20,000 bases of DNA from contig JAVECL010000004.1 in assembly GCA_051942245.1 (NCBI GenBank), positions 123,950-143,949 on the forward strand. Direction: 5' to 3'. The notes under the pieces are model-generated. The model worked only from the letters and a program-made list of their open reading frames with translations, had not been told where the DNA came from and ran no database searches. The position numbers were made by a program, and so were the translations under genes. Below are positions 11,117-20,000 of this stretch, one piece after another (positions within the stretch are counted from its first letter, which is position 1; each line of letters begins with the position of its first letter). Source of the DNA: Trypethelium eluteriae. Its lineage: Eukaryota.

Positions 11117-11123
11117 TATATAA
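11117..11123 (+). promoter_or_regulatory. TATA-like element upstream of tRNA gene
   Basis: TATATAA 31-37 nt upstream of tRNA position 1, within an AT-rich tract where TFIIIB/TBP would be expected to bind. Confidence 0.5.
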
Positions 11124-11190
11124 TTTTACATGCTCTGAAGCCCAGAAAGCGGCGGCATTGTGGCCGAGCGGTTATGGCGCAGGTTTCAGG

Positions 11191-11202
11191 ATTATCCGTG
11201 TT
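11191..11202 (+). other. Canonical tRNA intron (position 37/38), ATTATCCGTGTT
   Basis: Starts one base 3' of the anticodon. Removal gives the 7-nt loop TTCAGGT. The antepenultimate G could form the anticodon-intron pair with U32. Confidence 0.8.
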
Positions 11203-11229
11203 TACCTGTGGGAAACTTCGTGGGTTCGA

Positions 11230-11283
11230 GTAAGTTGTATGAGTGAATTGTTTTGTTTACATCCGTAATAATTGTGGACGCAG
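11230..11283 (+). other. Spliceosomal-type intron inserted in the tRNA T-loop (58/59)
   Basis: 54 nt, starts GTAAGT, ends GCAG, has a T-rich middle and a non-consensus branch candidate (CGTAAT 11264-11269). Removal yields GTGGGTTCGAATCCCAC. Confidence 0.75.
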
Positions 11284-11308
11284 ATCCCACCAATGTCAAT
11301 TGCTCTTC

Positions 11309-11317
11309 TTTTTTTTT
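11309..11317 (+). terminator. RNA polymerase III oligo-T terminator
   Basis: T9 run beginning 11 nt after the discriminator base. Confidence 0.8.
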
Positions 11318-11809
11318 CCCCTCCCAGGTCAACATCATGTATCAGAGGGTCCCAAGTCTTTTGAATTTCTGAGAACAGTACCCTGCTTTTTTCTTTTTTG
11401 CTTCAGTGTGTCATAGCGAGGGTATTCACTGACGGTAGAATATTATTTGGTTATAGAACTAATGGAGTGCAACCTCAACTCTACTGCCAGAATCTTTTGA
11501 GTCAACTCATGTCTATTTGCGACGTAGCGATAATCACACTGGTTTAGAGGTAAGCGATGCTTTGCTTTCTTGAGGAATTACTAGTGGTGGATTGGTCGAG
11601 CCTTAAGCTCCGAATAGCGGGCAGCTCCGCGGATGCGCTCCTCCCAACTAACGTCTAGAGCTCCTCGCGCTCCTCTACGATATGACTATTTCATCTTCCT
11701 TCTGTCTTTCCCTATGCCTCGCCTGTCATTCTCGGTTACGGAGTCGAGATATGGTGAACGTGCTACGCTCCATACTTTGATTGATTTACGATAGAAGCTG
11801 GCCCACAGA

Positions 11810-13612
11810 ATGGCGTTCTTGTTTGGTTGGCGAAAAGTACCCGCCCACTTAATCCTTCTGGTATCTATATTTGTTCCTGTTCACGCTCTCATTATTTCAA
11901 GCCCAATAACAATACTCACGAGATGGAGCTCCGAAGCATCTCTTAACCAAGGCCAACCCATGCGCCACATCGATACCAGCGACCAAGATGAGCAATACTC
12001 CCGCGCTTTCCCATCTCCTGTGAGTACAACCAACTTGAATCCTGCTCCCGGCTTTGGGGTACTTGAGGACCTTCACGGTGCGCTAGAAACTCTACAGTCC
12101 CGTTTCTTTGAGGTATGGCTTGGAACATGGCCAGACGCGATAGATTGGACCGCGGCGGTCATAGGTACACACATCTCAGACGGGCTCAGCTCGCTCACCA
12201 AATCTCTCGAATATCTCTTGCCCTTTGACGGCACTTCTGCAGAAGAGAACCCGATCGCAAGAGCGCAGGCAGTAGAAAACGAAATCAACAAGTATTTTTC
12301 GCAGAGCGTGGCGTATTACTTTGGGGAGGATGCATTCGCAATCCGCACTCAAGCATACGATGACATGCTTTGGGTTGTACTGGGCTGGCTTGAAAGCGTG
12401 AAATTCATTAATTTCCACGTTAATAAGCATTACCCTAGGATTCTGCATTCGACTACACTAAAGCAATCACCCTGGTACGGACACCAATTCCAGCCATCGT
12501 TCGCTCATCGCGCGCGCGTCTTTTACGAACTCGCTTCAAAGGGCTGGGATACCACGCTTTGCGGGGGCGGCATGGTCTGGAATCCCAATCTAGGCCCCTA
12601 CAAGAACGCCATCACGAACGAACTCTTTATCGCCGCCGCAATCGGCATGTACCTTTATTTCCCAGGCGACCCGAATGACTCTCCCTTCCTCGACGGCGTC
12701 CGTACGCGCTCGATCCCAAGAAAACGTCATGATGATCGCTTCCTCGCCGCCGCTATCAATGCCTACGGCTGGCTCCGTAACGCCAACATGACCAATACAC
12801 AAGGCCTTTATGTCGATGGCTTTCACATCAAGGGGTGGGGCAAGAACGGTTCTATCGGTACGGGTGAGTGCGATGTTCGGAATGAGATGGTCTATACCTA
12901 CAACCAAGGCGTCATTCTCTCCGGCTTGCGTGGACTTTGGGAAGGTACTGGTAATACCTCATACCTCACAGACGGACACCGACTTGTCCGGAACGTCATT
13001 GCGGCAACTGGGTGGTCAGCGACAAACGGAAAGCGCACCAGAAGTTGGTCTGGTCTTGGGCGCGATGGCGTGCTCGAGGATTACTGTGATAGCAGGGGGG
13101 ATTGTAGTCAAGATAGTCAAGGTTTCAAGGGAATCTTTTTTCACCATCTCACCCTCTTCTGCGAACCGCTCCCATCAGAGGCGACTATGCCAGGTAGGAC
13201 CTATCCAGCCACACCCGAGGAAAGGTTTCTCCACGCGCAAAGCTGTCGGGAATACGTGCCTTGGGTCGCGCATAATGCGAATGCCGCTCTGAAAACAAGG
13301 AACGACGACGGCCTTTTTGGGATGTGGTGGGGATATCATACGGTCGAAACTACCTCCGATTCTTCATTCGAGATACCGTCACTACCGAATTATGCGGAGG
13401 ATTACCGAAATACTGCCAAGGTACCTTTGGATGGCTTCTATGGCGAGCACGACTCATCGATTAGAAAGAAAGAAGACCATGACTGGGCAAATGCAAATAT
13501 CCAAGACGTAAATGATCGAGGGAGGGGTAGGACTGTAGAGACGCAGGGAAGTGGCGTTGCTGTTGTCAGGGCATTGTGGGAATTCATTCATATGTTCCGG
13601 CATGATAATTGA
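11810..13612 (+). CDS. Glycoside hydrolase family 76 (alpha-1,6-mannanase-like, six-hairpin), probably secreted, 600 aa, intronless
   Basis: YDDMLW catalytic di-Asp motif, CGGGMVW...YKNAITNELF, GLYVDG, YTYNQGVILSGL, FKGIFFHHL; hydrophobic N-terminus; no obvious GPI-type C-terminus. Confidence 0.92.
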   Translation: MAFLFGWRKVPAHLILLVSIFVPVHALIISSPITILTRWSSEASLNQGQPMRHIDTSDQDEQYSRAFPSPVSTTNLNPAPGFGVLEDLHGALETLQSRFFEVWLGTWPDAIDWTAAVIGTHISDGLSSLTKSLEYLLPFDGTSAEENPIARAQAVENEINKYFSQSVAYYFGEDAFAIRTQAYDDMLWVVLGWLESVKFINFHVNKHYPRILHSTTLKQSPWYGHQFQPSFAHRARVFYELASKGWDTTLCGGGMVWNPNLGPYKNAITNELFIAAAIGMYLYFPGDPNDSPFLDGVRTRSIPRKRHDDRFLAAAINAYGWLRNANMTNTQGLYVDGFHIKGWGKNGSIGTGECDVRNEMVYTYNQGVILSGLRGLWEGTGNTSYLTDGHRLVRNVIAATGWSATNGKRTRSWSGLGRDGVLEDYCDSRGDCSQDSQGFKGIFFHHLTLFCEPLPSEATMPGRTYPATPEERFLHAQSCREYVPWVAHNANAALKTRNDDGLFGMWWGYHTVETTSDSSFEIPSLPNYAEDYRNTAKVPLDGFYGEHDSSIRKKEDHDWANANIQDVNDRGRGRTVETQGSGVAVVRALWEFIHMFRHDN

Positions 13613-15105
13613 GTAGAGAGCTTCCTAAAGCTCAACTCTTACTACAAAATTCCTATATTAAGGACGGACTGTAGTCGAAAATGGATGGCCACCAGAACCA
13701 CCATCGTAGATATTCGTCAAGGCTCGGCATATTGGGCTCTGACATACAGGTCCAATGCCCTTCCAGCGTAATGCTTTCAGGTCAGCGGCAGCAAGAAAGT
13801 CTGTCTACGTGGTTGTAAATGCTCAGCAGTGACCAAAGGATTGAATAATCAGACGTCAATAACCCAACCACAGGAAGAGCACTCTTGGGAGTTGACGGTG
13901 AGCGTACGACTGGGAACGATGCCTCACGTAGTGGCAATTTCGTTATCCTGACTCCTCTTCGCTGGTATCAGAATTTGGTCGTAACAAACTCCCTTCAAAC
14001 TGCCAAAATTACAAATAGACCCATGTAACATTAGCGGAGAGGAAATCTTGATAAGCAACAAGCCTTGCTACCTTGCCGTCGGCTCTTCCCATTTACTGCC
14101 TTTATTCGGAGATTCGTTCACACAGAATTGGCAAACAGGCAGCTGTACGGCGTTCCAACCTGCTTTTCCAACTGGCACGCTCTTGCTACTAGAATTCTAT
14201 CAGTTTTGAGAACCGGTTTGGATCTATATACTCTTCACAAGAACTCGATGGAAGGCAACAACACCATGCTATCATAGACGGACACGTCAAGGAAATTGTT
14301 CACAGACCCTTTTCAATGGGCCAAGTAAGATGCATCCCATATGCTGTAAGTTCTAGAGGCATATCAAAGTTTTAGTTGAATTGCATCTCGGGATATGTAA
14401 ACCCTCGTTGCATACCTGTCAAATTGAAACCGATTCAGAATCAGAAATTTGACTGATCACATCAGTCCGACCGCTACGACCATGACAGTGGGTTATGTAT
14501 TGAAGTCACCCTAAAACCGCCAGTCCATCAGCACGTGGCGAAGCTTCACACACATCATGCTTCGCACCTCGAGAAGAGAGTACTGACCTGGTATAGCCAA
14601 GCCATTGCAAAAGTGATGGATTTGACAAGACGCGCCGGGGAGTTGTCCAATTTCTGATAGACTTATGTGTTGGAATTTATGAGACAGGTGAAGAGGCTGC
14701 CAAAAAGCTTCATCAGAACATCGCCATACAACGACACAGGAATGAGTTTCCCTTCGTTGCAATCGATTTTAAGAGAAAGCTCGCCCGTGTTGCGGCTTAA
14801 AATACCCTTGGACGTAGGACTAAGCAAAGACCTGCCGATTTGCATCTCGACATTCTACAATCTTTCAGGCATTTTTGAGAAATCGAGAATTCTAATGTAG
14901 ATACTAGTAATCGTAAGAACGCGAAAATGTCGGTGGGGAAAAAGAAGCACATACCTGTTTTCGAAAGAGACCGCCAACCCATCATATTGTAGACAGATTG
15001 GCTTTCACGCTTTGAATTTGCTGCGAAGACCATATTGCAGCCGCGTTTATAGTACCGCAGTATTACTTTCTGGAGATCCGGATACAATAGTCAGTGCTCC
15101 GTGCA

Positions 15106-15747
15106 TTAATCAACTTCGTCGACATCCTCTCTCTTCTCATCTCCAGGACTCCTGCTCCGATTCCTGCCTCCTCTGTTCGGTGCTCCCCTTCCCCCAGCCC
15201 TTCGCGCTCCTTTTTCCGGCGGTGGTCGAACGAAAGCGAAATCTACCGAAATTGTCTGGTCAAGAAGTTTGGTTCCGTTGGCGCCTTCAATTGCTGCCTT
15301 CGCTTCTGAGTGGGTAGGATACTCGATCAGGACGTAGCCCTAGAATAATGGAGCTTGTTAGCCTTACTATTCAAAGGGAACGAATGTCTAGAAGGAAAGA
15401 GGCAAATGTGAAGTGCACAGAGCTCTGCGCTGCCAGAGTCTTAAGGTCAAAGGATGTGTCTTGAATTCATGCCGCCCAAAACGCCTTAAATCCATGCAAC
15501 TTACTTTCACGTATCCAGTTCTTCGATCGAGATTGAGGTGTAAATTCTTGATCTCCCCATAATCGCCGAACAGCTCCGTCAAATCCTCCTCCGTCGCCTC
15601 CTCATGCACATTGGTCACCATGATAATCCAGCCCTCTATGGAACGTACTGCAACAGCTCCATCCGTGGTACGTGTATCGGGAGCAGCACTGGTACCATTC
15701 TTGGGGGGTGGGGAGGCAGCGTCAATGTCCATTTCGGTGTCTGCCAT
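15106..15747 (-). CDS. RBM8A: RNA-binding protein 8A / Y14 (exon junction complex RRM subunit); exons 15747-15505 and 15339-15106 (158 aa)
   Basis: [21 protein letters not shown]...[29 protein letters not shown]...VDFAFVRPP, with an RG/RS-rich tail (RNRSRSP). 165-nt intron GTAAGT...GCTAAC...TAG. Confidence 0.96.
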
Positions 15748-17005
15748 AGCTATAGAAGATAGCAATTGGCAGGTCGCAATTGAGGTTGCGATACAACGAA
15801 ACGAGATAAGTAGTGTCTGTCACAGCCGACAATGTAGTGCTGACGAGTCCGGTGGAGCTTCGACACAATTATTCGAGAGACAATGAGTGGATCTTCGAGG
15901 GGAAAGGCCAAGAGCTTTGTTTGGAGAGGCATGAGAGGGCAAGGTCAAGCTACCAGGTATGCAGTGAGTGCGGGAAAGGCTCGCGTCCCGCCGCCAGGAC
16001 CACCACCGTACCTACTACTTATCGTACGCAGTATTATGTACATTGCTACACCCGGTACGCTGGTGCAATTATGCAATAATACGCAAAGAACTCAATACGC
16101 TAGATTCTCTTGTAGAATAAATACTGCTTTGCATTATCACATATTTCACACACATGTGTCAGAGGGCACATTTCAGAGACCATCCCCATTCTCAGCTCAG
16201 GGTAAAGATGATGCGCTAGGATATTTTAGGCACGATGTGAAGACAATATCTTGAAGGGAAACGAAGGAGGCGTCATGGTACAGTCCGTACTCTTGACCCT
16301 AGCGAGCTCGTTTCATCTCAGAGGATGCTGTCTGTCGAGCTTAGGACAAGCGGTCTATTGGATGACAGTACAAAACACCAAAGCATGTCGCAAAGTATTT
16401 CGAGGTATCCTTCCAGCGTCTGCATCAACAGTGCATCTGGTCAAGCGTTGTGTCAATTCAAATATCTCCCTATCAAAAACAAAGAAAAGGACAATGCTTG
16501 CCCAAGAGATCCGAGCAGCGAGTGACGCACTTGGGCTACGTCTTCAGGGTCCTAGTCGAAGTCGGCACGGCGATATTTTGTTCGTTGCGGAAGAAATCAT
16601 ACATTTTACAGTTGTTGCTACCTGTGAAAAGATTTGATTTGTTATTTAGCAGCAGATAGAAGTTCACCGGGCTTAGCTTGTAGATACAATCTAAGGTGAC
16701 AGACAATTGATGCATATCTTCAACCAGCTTGTCGGAGCAGACCATAACCTGAATGCAAATTTTATGATTCAGACCACTCCCTAGACGGTGACTCCGCAAA
16801 TCTTGGGCGGAGATTGAAAATTGGGCAGATACCGAGACACTGTAGTTTTGTTGGATAAACCCGAGTTTGTGTGCGTAAATATACGCATTGATTAGTAGCT
16901 GTACTAGATAGACAGCCCGGGGAGTGTAACTTCTTGTTCTGCCGCGAATGAAATGTAGCTGACTCTCACAGCTTTGCAGAATCCCACAAAACCGCGATGA
17001 GATCT

Positions 17006-19492
17006 TCATGGAGGTCGTTTCAAATTGGCTGTCTTCCGCGATGTAAACGCTCGAATGTCATGTAAGCTGTCGCGAACTAGTGCTGGTTCCTTTTGTGGGG
17101 AATCCGTCGAGTCACTAGTAGTAGAATCAGTGTTGCTCCGCCTTAAAGCCTCTGTTTGCGTCATTCTCGACTGATCAAGCCACCACTCGACGTCTTCAGG
17201 AGACTTTAACCGCGGTTGCTCAAATTTATGCGTCGCACATAAGTGGCTTCTGAGGGCGTCCTCGTCCCGAAAGACATGAATGCCGTAGTGAGAGCAGGTA
17301 TCATATACACACGCGTATTGATATCGACGAGGCGGGTTCTTGATTGGAACCAGTGGCACAAACTCGTGCTCCTCGATAGCATGACGTCGGAGATCATCTC
17401 GGCCGAAGAATGAATGAGAATTTGGTCCTTTGCATGTTTGTTCTTGGCACACGTAAACATAATCATGGGCGAATGCTTCCCATCTATCGCCACGTGCTCG
17501 CTCACGGCGAACCTGCACAAGCTCCTCTGCACATCGTAGTAGGTCCTCATGCGCGTTCCTGTGTTGTAGATGTCTGGGAGTTAGGCTGGTTAGCTAAGTG
17601 AAGACACCACTAGTGCTTGTAATGTTTGCGTACTTCTTTGTAAGACTAAGAATGCGTTCTTTTGTTCTGGCACCGCTCGTACTTGGCTTCCATTCGTCGA
17701 GCTTCATATCTTTGAGAGCGGACCCTACGTTCTGGCGAAAATAAGTGATCCCAAGGGCTTTGCAGTCATCTCGTACATCCTGATGTGTTGATTCGGACTG
17801 AGTTGCGAGCTTACTGAGCAGCCCCACGAGGTTTCCCCAGTCACGAATGTATCCCTGATTGCGTGGAACTTTACCTTTATCTGAAGGCCGGCCGGTACCA
17901 ACTGAGAGTAATAGCCTTGGATTCTGAGCATGCATCTGACGAACTTCCTTGAGCGCGAGTGAAGAGGGGTTATTAGCCCCCATACCGCCATCCCGGAATG
18001 TACGGTCACCAATTTCGATGTTCGAGAAGTATTTGGGAGCTGCGGCAGTAGCCCGAGCAATCCTCCAGATCTCATGGGTGTGAGCAGGACCAGGATTTTT
18101 ATGACCCCTGATATCATCCCGCTCGGAAAGAGGAGAGGGATGAGGATGATCATATGTGCGGAAAAGGTATGAGGACTCGTAGGCTTTATTCGTCCCTGGC
18201 CCGTGAGCTATAATGATTCTATTTAAGACCGTCAGTCTGGAGCCAATATCGTCAGGACCGAATCTGCTTGGGAAAGACCGTTTGGGATTCGCATAGACCT
18301 CAATCACCACAATGACTCTTGGAAGCTTGGAAGCTCCAATGCCATAAAATGACAACGTCTCAATTCCCACAATATCTCCTCCAGCCTGCTCCAACATTGT
18401 GGCAAACCATGTATTTTCCACTCTCACAGAAAAAGGAGGCTGCACTTACGTCCTGCATTTCTTTGGATTACTCAAAAATGGTATCTTCTCCTTCGTATAC
18501 GGCTCCTCGTTATTATGTTGTCCCATCTCCTCGGCAAGTCCTACGTTGATGACCTTCTGGATGGCTCGTTCCATCTGCTTTGGACCGTATTTTGGCGCGA
18601 GTAGATCTGCGAATTTAAGTTGAACATGAAGTGGTCGTGGCTTTCCAAATACGTCGTTCCCCACTGTATCGTATTGACTGAGCGCTGCATCAATGTTCAT
18701 TTGCATTCGGCCAAGCATGATAGCACTGAGTCCGCCTGTACTTGTGCCCGCAATGTAGTCGAAGTAATGGTGTGGCTTGTATGCTGAGTCGCTCTTCTCA
18801 AAAGTTGCGTTAACGGATTCAGTAAGATCATGCTCGTCAGGATTGGTCTTCGTTCGAGAGGGTGGCCGTGATGAAGAAGCAGGTGGCGTCATTGATCTAT
18901 ACCAGGGGTAATCTCCACTACTGATATTTGGCTGCCAGTAGTCATCCTCTGAAGGCATCTGACCCGGATTGATCTAACGAGATTCAGTATTGTCCGAGGT
19001 CAAACACATGAGTATCGGGGAGCGTAGGATGTGCAAGGGATGGTCGATTTAGTCAATCGAGCCGCTGGAAAGTATCTGCGAACACGTAGCGGTATAAATT
19101 AAGAAAAAAATTGTTTGTTGGCCTGCGATGGGTTCTTCCTCGGGAACTAGATTGAGTCGCAATTCCCATTTCCTACTACTGACCTTATGCTTCGGACGTA
19201 ACCCCTGCTCGATCTGAGCAACCAGGCTCATCAGCCTCTTGACTATCAGCAGCGAGGAGTAGCCTTTGACTCCACCACCGTCTAGACTCAATATCATCTT
19301 TCGGGACCATGGTGAGTCGCGATCATTATCGGAGACGTCGACTCGCGTTCGGGTAGGCAATGGAGGCTGAGAACCTTCGTCGTCCGGGTATCCATGCGTT
19401 TCTTCTGTGTCCGCTGGACTTGAATCCAGAGAGCCCTCCTGTGTTGGAGTTGGAGGATGTGTATTTAACAGTGGAACGATTCCTCGCAACAT
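17006..19492 (-). CDS. Patatin-like phospholipase with C-terminal C2H2-like zinc fingers; exons approx. 19492-19184, 18973-18450, 18218-17634, 17573-17006 (~661 aa)
   Basis: ILSLDGGGVKG glycine loop, FDYIAGTSTGG nucleophile elbow, ARATAAAPKYF, RDGG catalytic Asp, LLSVGTG. GT-AG junctions join four ORF-track fragments in frame. The first intron acceptor is uncertain (exon 2 starting at 18973 or 18958). Confidence 0.88.
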
Positions 19493-19953
19493 CGTTGCCG
19501 CTGATGGCACCGCCAGGAGTAGGGACAGCTATGAACGGTCCCCAACATATCCAAGAGGATCGCTCCACGAGGCAATACAACACTTCTTATGCGCGAAGTC
19601 GAAGGACGTTTTCGAGGCGTTGAGGGAGGCTGCGATTTGGTCTCCAAAATTGGGGGCCACAAGGAAACTGAGGTCGCATCGTGTTCTGCATCAGGATGCA
19701 TAGAAGCACTCACTCTATGGAGTGCGAACAGCCAATTAGAGAAAGGCGTCAAAATAGTAAAGGAGGCGGAGTCGCACGGCTCCTGCATAAGAAAAGTCAG
19801 GGGTATCAGCCCCAAGAGGCACCGAGACGTGCTAAAGCGTTCAATTTACATAACGAAAACCCTCAGCAGTATTTAACCGTCTTGTTGCGTTATGCCAAGT
19901 AAATAGGACACATGGGTGAGCAGACTGAGCAGGCCTGACAGGTATGGTCAAAG

Positions 19954-19956
<3 letters not shown>

Positions 19957-20000
<44 letters not shown>
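19957..20000 (+). repeat. Poly-T tract (at least 44 nt) running off the window end
   Basis: Uninterrupted T run to position 20000. Confidence 0.95.

Larger units (their letters stand above)
11154..11298 (+). tRNA. tRNA-Leu(CAG): tRNA-Leu(CAG) with two intervening sequences (11191-11202 canonical 37/38 intron; 11230-11283 T-loop insertion); predicted mature length 79 nt
   Basis: Acceptor stem GGCATTG/CAATGTC plus discriminator A; A-box/D-arm TGGCCGAGCGGTTATGGC; anticodon stem CAGGT/ACCTG with T32 T33 CAG(11187-11189) G37; 11-nt variable arm TGGGAAACTTC; T-stem GTGGG/CCCAC with loop TTCGA|AT; downstream oligo-T. Confidence 0.9.

Noticed and set aside
11186..11188. Reading the anticodon as TCA (Sec or opal suppressor tRNA)
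   Set aside because: The stem CAGGT/ACCTG fixes T32-T33-C34-A35-G36, the acceptor stem is 7 bp, and there are no tRNA-Sec-length arms.
11083..11268. 61-aa ORF over the tRNA that could own the GT-AG intron as an mRNA intron
   Set aside because: Short, low-complexity and unrecognisable, and the sequence is fully explained by the tRNA and its AT-rich leader. An overlapping Pol II transcript cannot be excluded without RNA data.
11154..11298. tRNA-Ser/Ala(CAG) indicating CUG codon reassignment
   Set aside because: Discriminator A73, U33, a Leu-type D-loop and variable arm, and no G3:U70 pair fit ordinary Leu identity. Known CUG reassignments are in budding yeasts.
4424..13511. Numerous short ORFs antisense or out of frame within the main genes
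   Set aside because: Shadow ORFs of real coding sequence with no independent evidence.
13700..15090. Possible gene between GH76 and Y14 (short ORFs; intron-like GTCAGT...TAG near 14587-14511 on minus)
   Set aside because: No consistent spliced frame or recognisable motif could be built.
15883..17009. ORFs of 120-157 aa between Y14 and the patatin gene
   Set aside because: No motifs, atypical composition and overlapping frames on both strands; likely promoter/UTR sequence.
3477..19492. Secondary-metabolite or functional gene cluster
   Set aside because: No backbone enzyme, transporter or cluster regulator; the genes are functionally unrelated.

Overview
Eukaryotic DNA from a filamentous ascomycete (Pezizomycotina, inferred from short GT-AG introns, mostly 47-60 nt, and fungal gene families). 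Protein genes: PTH11-like/fungal rhodopsin-domain membrane protein (+), secreted type-B carboxylesterase with a 5-nt micro-exon (-), F-box/WD40-like protein (+), GH76 glycoside hydrolase (+), exon-junction-complex RRM protein Y14/RBM8A (-) and a patatin-like phospholipase with two C-terminal C2H2-like zinc fingers (-). Two non-coding features stand out. (1) A tRNA-Leu(CAG) gene at 11154-11298 has a normal 12-nt anticodon-loop intron plus a 54-nt GTAAGT...CAG insertion in the T-loop that looks like a spliceosomal (mRNA-type) intron; removing it restores a perfect T-arm. (2) A ~977-bp non-autonomous element at 656-1632 has ~90-bp terminal inverted repeats, TTAA ends and two oppositely oriented arrays of a 19-bp repeat (Foldback-like). 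All gene models were built by hand, with no database searches.
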